From the NCBI GenBank assembly GCA_963674805.2, contig CAXXNY010000016.1, positions 183,990 to 247,989 on the forward strand: 64,000 nt of DNA. The letters run 5' to 3'. The notes beneath the pieces were generated by a model that had not been told where the DNA came from, made no database searches, and was given only the letters and a program-made list of their open reading frames with translations. Below are positions 57,467 to 64,000 of this stretch, one piece after another (positions within the stretch are counted from its first letter, which is position 1; each line of letters starts with the position of its first letter). The position numbers and the translations under genes are program-made. The DNA comes from Christensenellaceae bacterium. GTDB taxonomy: Bacteria; Bacillota; Clostridia; Christensenellales; CALMFG01.

Positions 57467-57805
57467 TTAATCAAGATGAAACACTTCATCCAATATAACC
57501 CACCAGTCATTATGATTAGAATTATCCATCGGCTCTTGCATCTCTTTCATAACAGACTCCCATTTTGCACAAGATGGATCATTAATCCAATCTTGTGCAA
57601 TTTGATTTAAATTTTTTTTTGAAGATATTTCATAATAAGAGAACAGCAGTCCTTTACCATAAAAAATGGTGTAATTACATATGCCTAGATCTTTTAGCTT
57701 CCTTTTTACCTCGGGCCAAAGTTCGTCATGCAATTTTTTATAAGTGGTCACATGTTCAGGTTTTAATTTAATTACCCTCCCTATTCTCACGCAGCGTCTG
57801 CTCAT
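57467..57805 (-). CDS. L-rhamnose mutarotase-like protein (RhaM/YiiL family)
   Basis: About 112 aa from MSRRCV, with an ATGA overlap with the upstream stop. The pattern YKKLHDELWPEV...NYTIF...W resembles RhaM. Confidence 0.75.
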   Translation of the reverse strand: MSRRCVRIGRVIKLKPEHVTTYKKLHDELWPEVKRKLKDLGICNYTIFYGKGLLFSYYEISSKKNLNQIAQDWINDPSCAKWESVMKEMQEPMDNSNHNDWWVILDEVFHLD

Positions 57806-59205
57806 ACTTCGACACATTCAAAACCTATTGTATCAGCAAACACTTTTATTTCATGCGACAAATTACCGATCCCTAGCGCAAGATGGTGTGATGGACCTTG
57901 TTGACACCAATCATTAAAAAATTCTGGTATTGTTTTTTTTACACGAACTCTGCAATTCGGATTCCCAATATTTAATATATCGCCTTTTACTATTTCTCCT
58001 ACTGAATAAATCAATTTAAATGTATCTCCCGCATTAAATTGCGTAAGATTTAATAGTGTTACCGGCCCTTCTTTCATATCAAAATCGATTCCTAAGCCAT
58101 GCCCTGTTTTTCCATGATGGACTTCTAAATGTTGTAGCTTTGGCTTTCCATCAGCGACATTAATGTTGCTTGGCCCATCGTGCCCAACCATAATAAAGTT
58201 CTCATCATAATCGAAAGAAAAGAATTCCAAAAACATGCCTCCCCCACCAAGCAAGTCTAATATTTTCATTGCCATCGCGGTTTTTACATCGCCTTCGGTT
58301 ACACCAGGTCTCCCCATTGCAGCTAATCTTGATACAGCTAGTGCTGATTGAGCTCTTAGTTGAGTAATTTCTTCTTTTTCTCCCCACCAATAATAACCAA
58401 ATGCACTAATATCATATTTCTTGATTATTTCATCAAACGCAACTGCAATTTTCGCAGATACTCTCATATGATCATTCGTTACTGTTGGGTTAACTTCATA
58501 CATCTGTCTAAACTGTTTATACATATCCTCAAGTTCTTCATTAGTAACCCGCTTATACGCTTCTTCAATTTCTTCAATCTCCGGACGGCATAACAATTTC
58601 CCAGTTGTTTTAAGTATCCTATGTTCATCTGTAGGCATATCTGTCATATTTGTATATGTATTTCCGATAAGCGCAAAATTAAGATACTTAAATCTATTAG
58701 CAGCTGCTGCACCATTACAGTCTTCTTTTATTTCTCTCCATAAATCTTTGTTATTAAAATGACCGGTTATAACGCGAAAGCTTTTATTTAGGCTAACTAA
58801 AGTCCCAGCATATTCTGGTATACAACAAGGGCCCTCATGATGAAGATATATGGCAGTATCAGCATTCTTATAGTCATAACTTGAATCTTCATGTGCATTA
58901 ATTATTCTAATTGGTACATCAACACTCTTTACGACAGGCACAATCATCATTCCGGTCGTATATCCAAACGGGAAGATTAAGAGTATATCTATTTCTTTAT
59001 CTTTAAAAAACTGCGCAGCATTTTCAGCGCCTTCTACAGTATCAACTAATTCAGGCGCAACCACCTCACCCACTTTATTCAATTCATCAAGGAGTTTTTG
59101 ATACATTTTATTCCCCATTTCCTTTAATTCAGGAAATTGCCCCCAATAAATTTTATGGCCTGTTGGTAAAAGTCCAATTTTCGGATTTACTTTTGTTCCT
59201 AGCAT
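57802..59205 (-). CDS. L-fucose/L-arabinose isomerase-family protein (COG2407-type)
   Basis: 467 aa. The N-terminal PKIGLLPTGH... is isomerase-like and it has the family's C-terminal domain pattern. Confidence 0.65.
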   Translation of the reverse strand: MLGTKVNPKIGLLPTGHKIYWGQFPELKEMGNKMYQKLLDELNKVGEVVAPELVDTVEGAENAAQFFKDKEIDILLIFPFGYTTGMMIVPVVKSVDVPIRIINAHEDSSYDYKNADTAIYLHHEGPCCIPEYAGTLVSLNKSFRVITGHFNNKDLWREIKEDCNGAAAANRFKYLNFALIGNTYTNMTDMPTDEHRILKTTGKLLCRPEIEEIEEAYKRVTNEELEDMYKQFRQMYEVNPTVTNDHMRVSAKIAVAFDEIIKKYDISAFGYYWWGEKEEITQLRAQSALAVSRLAAMGRPGVTEGDVKTAMAMKILDLLGGGGMFLEFFSFDYDENFIMVGHDGPSNINVADGKPKLQHLEVHHGKTGHGLGIDFDMKEGPVTLLNLTQFNAGDTFKLIYSVGEIVKGDILNIGNPNCRVRVKKTIPEFFNDWCQQGPSHHLALGIGNLSHEIKVFADTIGFECVEV

Positions 59206-59222
59206 TTTTCCCTCCTGCTTTT

Positions 59223-60545
59223 TTATGACATTTTTTTATATTCAACATCACAGAATTTACATAGTAGCTCTATTTCTTTAAAATAATTCCCCTCTACGCC
59301 ACTCCAGTGATGTCCAGCACCATTACATGATATGTTTTCTAAAATATCTTTAATATTCTTTTTAAAAGCAACCTTAACCGGCGTTCCTTCATATTCCAAT
59401 CCCGACGGTTGCCCCTTTCCAGCAAGAAATGAAATCCGCATTCCCTTTTCACCAGTCATTAAGTTTAGTAGACTAACTTTGCCTTTAAAATCTGTTGGAT
59501 AGCAAACTGCACATCCATCGCATGTCTCAATAGATTTAATAAGTTTGATGTCTTCTTTTGATTGCGACAATGAAAATGCCCCTGCTCCGCAATGCGAAAA
59601 CAATATTGAATTTTCTTTATAGTCTAATTGTAAGATATCACCATTAAATGAGGCTTTACCGGATAGCAGATAAAGTATGTGCATCATTAAAGTCGAATTC
59701 AGATCCCCTTCGCATCCAGCAGCAATACCTTCATCATTTATCAAAGCAATAGCTAAACATATCTTCGACTTTAAATAAGGAAAACAATTTATTGAAATGC
59801 CATTTAAGTTATATTTTTTCGCCAATTCCTTTAATGCTAAATAGTAGCGAGTTGATAATAGCCCATCTTCCTCCAAAACAGTTATTTCTCCTACTTTAGA
59901 CCTAATTTTGCGCCATTCATTTCCAATGTATTTATCATCTATATCAGAAGAAATATTATAAAATTCTTCAATTGGGATGTTAATGATAGATACTCCAAAG
60001 CGTCTCTTTAATTCATACTCATTTGCCATCATGCTTAGCATGATATTGTTCTTCCCTCCCGAATAGCCTATTCGACATTTTCTCAGTTTTGATTTTATCA
60101 TTGCTGCATTGGTGAATGTCTTCAGTTGATACAAAGATTCTTCATCAGGAAAATCAGTTGCAACAAGCTTGTAGTTTTTATTTAAATTAAATAGAGTACC
60201 TGTTACCAATACACCCCCTACCATAGAAATGCATTGTATTTCTCTTTCTAGAGCCCAAATAAAAATTGGGATATCAATATCAGATAACAATTCACTTAAA
60301 AAATAATCTGGAACAAATGTTGTAAGCAACACTATAATTACATCTGGATTAATCTGGCTTATTTCATAACCTTTTAATTTTGCATCTTCTTGAGAATAGA
60401 TACATTCCAATGAAAATAATATTTCAAATCCATTCTGTTTTAGATATAATTCCATTTCGATTTTTTTATCATCACACATTCCTTCTCCAAGGTTATACCC
60501 AGGATATGCCATCGGTACTAAAGCTAATTGGGGTTTAATTTTCAT
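59223..60545 (-). CDS. L-fucose isomerase-related protein (COG2407-type)
   Basis: 440 aa. It is a paralogue of the neighbouring gene and the first structural gene after the LacI regulator. Confidence 0.6.
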   Translation of the reverse strand: MKIKPQLALVPMAYPGYNLGEGMCDDKKIEMELYLKQNGFEILFSLECIYSQEDAKLKGYEISQINPDVIIVLLTTFVPDYFLSELLSDIDIPIFIWALEREIQCISMVGGVLVTGTLFNLNKNYKLVATDFPDEESLYQLKTFTNAAMIKSKLRKCRIGYSGGKNNIMLSMMANEYELKRRFGVSIINIPIEEFYNISSDIDDKYIGNEWRKIRSKVGEITVLEEDGLLSTRYYLALKELAKKYNLNGISINCFPYLKSKICLAIALINDEGIAAGCEGDLNSTLMMHILYLLSGKASFNGDILQLDYKENSILFSHCGAGAFSLSQSKEDIKLIKSIETCDGCAVCYPTDFKGKVSLLNLMTGEKGMRISFLAGKGQPSGLEYEGTPVKVAFKKNIKDILENISCNGAGHHWSGVEGNYFKEIELLCKFCDVEYKKMS

Positions 60546-60555
60546 AACTCCTCCT

Positions 60556-60569
60556 GTAAAACGTTTTTC
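60556..60569. promoter_or_regulatory. Operator-like site GTAAAACGTTTTTC
   Basis: Differs by one base from the core of the perfect palindrome at 61640-61655. It lies between the LacI stop and the isomerase start, next to the RBS. Confidence 0.5.
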
Positions 60570-60585
60570 TAGTGTTTAAAATTTT

Positions 60586-61626
60586 TTACCACCCACACAA
60601 ATCCCAACCATCTATTCCACTAATTTCAGTTGATTTTCTTTTTACCAAATTGCACTCTAAGTTAACTGAATTTTTGGTGAACTTCTCACTTTTTATACTA
60701 TTTACAATCAACTTGACTGCCTCATGCCCAATTTTGTATCTCGGTACATTAATCGTAGTAAGTGATGGACTAATAAGTGTTCCAACAAATATATTATCAA
60801 ATCCTATAACAGCAATATCTTTCGGTATGTTTAAACCTGCTTCTTTAATCGCTTTAATTGCCCCTATCGCCATCTGATCGTTTGCCGCAAAAACTGCCGT
60901 TATACTATTTTGGCGATTCAAAAATTCTTTCATTACATTATACCCACTCATTGGAGTATAATTACCAAAATCAATATAATTAGAATTTACCTCAATAGCG
61001 TTTTTTATGAGCGCTTCCTTATAGCCTTCTAAATTATCTAAGCACATTGACATATTTTGTGGGCCTCCGATATGTGCAATTTGGGTGTGTCCAAGCCCAA
61101 TTAAATACTCTGTAGCTAAATATGCATAATATTTATTATCAATTATTACAGAACTAAGATTCCCTTGCATGTTTTTTTCTAATGACACAATGGGTATTTT
61201 CTTTGTATCGCAATTTAGTGATTTGCTGTACTCCGCTTCTGAATCAGCAGGACAGCATGAATCAATAATTATGCCATCTACCCAACCTGCTTTTAATAAG
61301 GTGACATAATTCTTCTCGGCTTCAAAATCATAACCGGAATTAAAATAAAGTATTTTATATCCAAATTCTTTTGCTGCATCATCAATCCCTTGAAGTACTT
61401 CCGGGAAATATATTTGAGAAATTTTAGGTAAGATAACTCCAATGCTATAGGTTTTTCTTTTCTTCATGCTGCTTGCCATTCCATTAACTTGATAGCCTAA
61501 TTCTTTGATAGCATCTTCGACCTTTTTTGTTAATTCATCGCTTACAGGTTTTTTGTTGTTAATTACATTTGAAACTGTTGCAATTGAAACTCCTGCCTTT
61601 TTTGCAACCTCAGTAATACCAATCAT
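60586..61626 (-). CDS. LacI-family transcriptional regulator
   Basis: 346 aa with the HTH ITEVAKKAGVSIATVSNVIN. Confidence 0.92.
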   Translation of the reverse strand: MIGITEVAKKAGVSIATVSNVINNKKPVSDELTKKVEDAIKELGYQVNGMASSMKKRKTYSIGVILPKISQIYFPEVLQGIDDAAKEFGYKILYFNSGYDFEAEKNYVTLLKAGWVDGIIIDSCCPADSEAEYSKSLNCDTKKIPIVSLEKNMQGNLSSVIIDNKYYAYLATEYLIGLGHTQIAHIGGPQNMSMCLDNLEGYKEALIKNAIEVNSNYIDFGNYTPMSGYNVMKEFLNRQNSITAVFAANDQMAIGAIKAIKEAGLNIPKDIAVIGFDNIFVGTLISPSLTTINVPRYKIGHEAVKLIVNSIKSEKFTKNSVNLECNLVKRKSTEISGIDGWDLCGW

Positions 61627-61639
61627 AATGATCCTCGTG

Positions 61640-61655
61640 AGTAAAACGTTTTACT
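61640..61655. promoter_or_regulatory. Perfect 16-bp palindrome AGTAAAACGTTTTACT (LacI-type operator candidate)
   Basis: Perfectly self-complementary around a central CG. It lies 14 nt upstream of the LacI ATG. Confidence 0.6.
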
Positions 61656-62089
61656 GTATTATAATATAACTTAGTTATTTATGCAAGCATTAATTTAAAT
61701 CACTTTGAATTGCATTTTGGACTCATGAATACACGTAAATGTAGTTATGCAAAAGATACCTTATAATTAGTGGAAAAACGTAAATCCTAAGCATAGGATG
61801 GTAGAAATATCACAATAAAATTTCGACATCATCTTTAAGCTTATAGCAAAATTGGGGCGGGCCAATGTCCTGAAACACAAATCAAATTACGATATAGAAG
61901 AGTTATTTATGTGGAGCAGTATTAAATTATCTATGTATTTTTTTAATTTAAGTATAATTCTAACAAACTTAAGATATAGGTTTTCAAGTAGCTAAACCGG
62001 TCATAAAAGCAAAAGTGCTATAAATATAGTCAAGTTAGTTGTCTGTAAAACTATTTAACCTCATTTACTATTTAATATAATAAATTATT

Positions 62090-62119
62090 CTTGCTTTCTT
62101 CAAAATAATAATTTATATT
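62090..62119 (+). promoter_or_regulatory. Candidate sigma-A promoter for the erm leader
   Basis: TTGCTT, a 17-18 nt spacer, then TTATAT/TATATT. It is about 25 nt upstream of the leader RBS. Confidence 0.4.
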
Positions 62120-62143
62120 ATATCTTGAAAAAGGAGCATTATT

Positions 62144-62170
62144 ATGACAGCATCTATTCGCATGAGATAA
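62144..62170 (+). CDS. erm leader peptide MTASIRMR (8 codons plus stop)
   Basis: AAAGGAG RBS 8 nt upstream; ATG ACA GCA TCT ATT CGC ATG AGA TAA. From memory it resembles the ErmD leader start, MTHSMRLR. Confidence 0.6.
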   Translation: MTASIRMR

Positions 62171-62308
62171 ATACGGCAATAAAATTTACAGCCTATCTTG
62201 GATAGACTTTATTTGTCGTGTGCGTGGATTGTTGTATGCTCTGAATATATTATAGAATTGGTTTTATTCTATTAATATTGTTATTTTTGTTTTTTACTAA
62301 TCACACTT

Positions 62309-62379
62309 GCAGGCAAAGTTTATCCAATATTGTGCCTGTTTTTTTATTGCCAATATCAAACCGCAAATAAAAAAACAGG
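62309..62379 (+). promoter_or_regulatory. erm attenuator with alternative hairpins that sequester the erm RBS
   Basis: CCTGTTTTTTT (62335-62345) pairs perfectly with AAAAAAACAGG (62369-62379), which contains the erm SD. CAGGCA (62310-62315) can instead pair with TGCCTG (62333-62338). GGCAATAAA (62174-62182) is complementary to TTTATTGCC (62343-62351). Confidence 0.6.
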
Positions 62380-62389
62380 AGATAGCAGC

Positions 62390-63172
62390 ATGCCTAAAAC
62401 TAAATATAACCAGCAAAACATCTATTCCGTTTCACAAAATTTTTTAACAAACAAGCGCTTGATAGAACGTCTAATACGTATAAGCGCTATAACCAAAGAC
62501 GACATAGTCATTGAAATTGGAACCGGAAAGGGGCACCTAACAAGAGCAGTAAGTAACAGATGTCGAAAGATTTATTCTGTTGAAATTGACGAGAGACTTT
62601 ATCATCAATCTCAAGTTAAGCTTGCTGAGCTTAAAAATGTTAAATTAATAAATCAAGATTTTCTTAAATTCCAATTACCAAAAAGGGAACGTTATAAAGT
62701 ATTTTCGAATATACCTTTTTGCATTACATCAAATATCCTTAAAAAATTAACAAACACGCCAAATCCACCGACAGATATTTGGATTACACTGGAAAAAGGC
62801 ACTGCAAAAAGATTCTTAGGCATTCCGAGAGAAAGTCAAATGTCCTTGTTAATTAAACCATTCTGGGATATTACTGTTGTTTATTATTTTAATAGAGATG
62901 ACTTTCATCCGCGACCATCTGTTGACGTTGTTTTCGTGCACTTTTGCAGGAAGCACCTTCCTGATATTGATAACAAAGATTTTTATAATTATCAAAAGTT
63001 TATTAAGAACTCACTTAAAATAGGGCTTTCGAAAAAGTCTAGCCTTTTGAGCAAAAGACAAGTTTCAATGGCTTTAAAACACGCTTCTTTGCCCTGTATT
63101 CCCCCGAGCGGGTCAATCTTATATGTTCAATGGTTATGCTTGTTTCGATATTATATGAACTTAATTAAATAG
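62390..63172 (+). CDS. erm: Erm-family 23S rRNA (adenine-N6)-methyltransferase (MLSb resistance type)
   Basis: 260 aa from MPKTKYNQQNIYSVSQNFL after ACAGGAG. It has the SAM motif EIGTGKGHLT and motif IV NIPF. Overall it looks ErmD/ErmB-like. The class was not assigned. Confidence 0.85.
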   Translation: MPKTKYNQQNIYSVSQNFLTNKRLIERLIRISAITKDDIVIEIGTGKGHLTRAVSNRCRKIYSVEIDERLYHQSQVKLAELKNVKLINQDFLKFQLPKRERYKVFSNIPFCITSNILKKLTNTPNPPTDIWITLEKGTAKRFLGIPRESQMSLLIKPFWDITVVYYFNRDDFHPRPSVDVVFVHFCRKHLPDIDNKDFYNYQKFIKNSLKIGLSKKSSLLSKRQVSMALKHASLPCIPPSGSILYVQWLCLFRYYMNLIK

Positions 63173-63458
63173 CACTATTAGTAAAACGCTTTTTTATTAT
63201 CAAAGGCGTTTACTAATATGGCAATTGCTGCTCTTTTCTATATTTAGACTTTTCTCAGAGGAAGTGAACAAGATTAAAGCAAGGATCCACAAATGGTGAG
63301 GTTTTTAGGTGCGCTTTTACTTTTCATAAAAGTCCACTTTTACTAATAGTTGTCAAGTACCCAAATATTCTTGAAAGCGCAGAATTGCATAAATGACAAA
63401 ATTCTCTTTTTGCACTATCTGAATTTCTGATGCTCTTCAAAAGTAAATGCTTAAATTC

Positions 63459-64000
63459 TTATCGCTCAATTTTATAGTACACGGTCCATTGAACATACTT
63501 TAATGAGCTGAATTTACCCATCACGTTTAGCATTCCGACTTTTGGGTTGTTTTCATCAAAATAGGACCAATCTTCAAGAAATCTAAATTTCGGAGATATT
63601 GATTCCAAATCATTCGATTGCTGTAACCCAAAATGATAAGATACATCACCAGAAACACCAAATTGGTTTCTAAGTTTGAGTTCAACCATTTTTTTATAAA
63701 ATCCCTTGGTGTATTTTTCAACAACGGCTTCAAAAAGAAGATATGATCCATCAAATGATTCTGCAAGTTTTTTTAACCATTGCTTGAGTTGATTTGAATT
63801 TAGATACATAAAAAGACCTTCGGCAATGAAAAGTTTGGGTCCTTCAGTTTTCCTTAATTCTTCAAACCAGTGATCTTCAAAAATGGATTCACCAATCATT
63901 TTATAGACTTCGTTTTCCTTGAGAATTTCTTTTTTTATCGCAATTATAGGTTCTAAATCGATGTCAATAAATAGTTTCGGCTTTTTACTTAATCGCTGAT
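63459..64000 (-). CDS. Class I SAM-dependent methyltransferase (TcmP/leucine carboxyl methyltransferase-like). The 5' end runs off the window.
   Basis: The frame stays open upstream of the track ATG (…QRLSKKPKLFIDIDLEPIIAIKKEILKENEVYKMIGES…). The C-terminal part is LFIAEGLFMYL.... Confidence 0.6.
   Translation of the reverse strand, partial: QRLSKKPKLFIDIDLEPIIAIKKEILKENEVYKMIGESIFEDHWFEELRKTEGPKLFIAEGLFMYLNSNQLKQWLKKLAESFDGSYLLFEAVVEKYTKGFYKKMVELKLRNQFGVSGDVSYHFGLQQSNDLESISPKFRFLEDWSYFDENNPKVGMLNVMGKFSSLKYVQWTVYYKIER

Noticed and set aside
1-64000. CRISPR arrays, prophage/integrase genes and multi-gene defence operons (R-M, CBASS, retron, TA pairs)
   Set aside because: I saw no regularly spaced short repeats. 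No ORF has integrase, recombinase, reverse-transcriptase, methyltransferase-plus-nuclease or cyclase signatures. The only defence-like item is the solitary PD-(D/E)xK ORF, and the only mobile-element trace is the IS3 stump.

Overview
This looks like an accessory chromosomal region of a Firmicute, probably Clostridia or Lachnospiraceae-like. The evidence is AGGAGG-type RBSs, lipoprotein solute-binding proteins and compact overlapping operons. Nearly every gene is on the minus strand. The window is a patchwork of carbohydrate and related catabolic loci.

- **1-11.5 kb:** an L-fucose-type locus. It has a CUT2 ABC transporter, M20 peptidase, class II aldolase, ROK regulator, FucI, an FGGY kinase and an extra COG2407 isomerase paralogue.
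- **11.9-13.7 kb:** a plus-strand cassette encoding an NADH-oxidase/CoA-disulfide-reductase-like flavoprotein and a DUF1858-like protein.
- **14.1-21.3 kb:** a self-contained acetoin/2-oxoacid dehydrogenase cluster with LplA, LipA, E3, E1 alpha/beta and a Zn-ADH. Its E2 is split into separate lipoyl and catalytic proteins.
- **21.3-32.2 kb:** a second CUT2 transporter with two M24 creatinase/prolidase-like proteins, a Gfo/Idh/MocA oxidoreductase and a LacI regulator. It is followed by an operon encoding a SIS deglycase-like protein and a hexokinase-family kinase.
- **32.6-33.5 kb:** an orphan PD-(D/E)xK nuclease-fold gene and a truncated IS3 orfA.
- **33.5-44.5 kb:** a strongly AT-rich cell-envelope glycan island with GT2, GT4, DUF2304, DUF2142, a small 4-TM flippase-like protein and an 889-aa polytopic membrane protein.
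- **45.2-61.6 kb:** two more LacI-controlled CUT2 loci. One carries an SGNH hydrolase. The other carries two COG2407 isomerase paralogues, a RhaM-like mutarotase and two amidohydrolase_2 proteins.
- **62.1-64.0 kb:** an inducible Erm-type 23S rRNA methyltransferase with a leader peptide and attenuator, then a partial methyltransferase gene.

I saw no CRISPR array, rRNA, canonical tRNA, integrase or recognisable multi-gene defence operon.

The least explained signal is a 201-nt module present twice, at 13824-14024 and 44951-45151, in the same orientation and aligning without gaps. It ends in a tRNA-Leu-like T-arm, acceptor strand and CCA but cannot form a cloverleaf. A 25-nt motif (TCTCATGTGACATATTTGTGACATG) is associated with it. 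This motif occurs four times and also brackets the plus-strand flavoprotein cassette.

All functional calls rest on motifs read by eye. No database search was possible.
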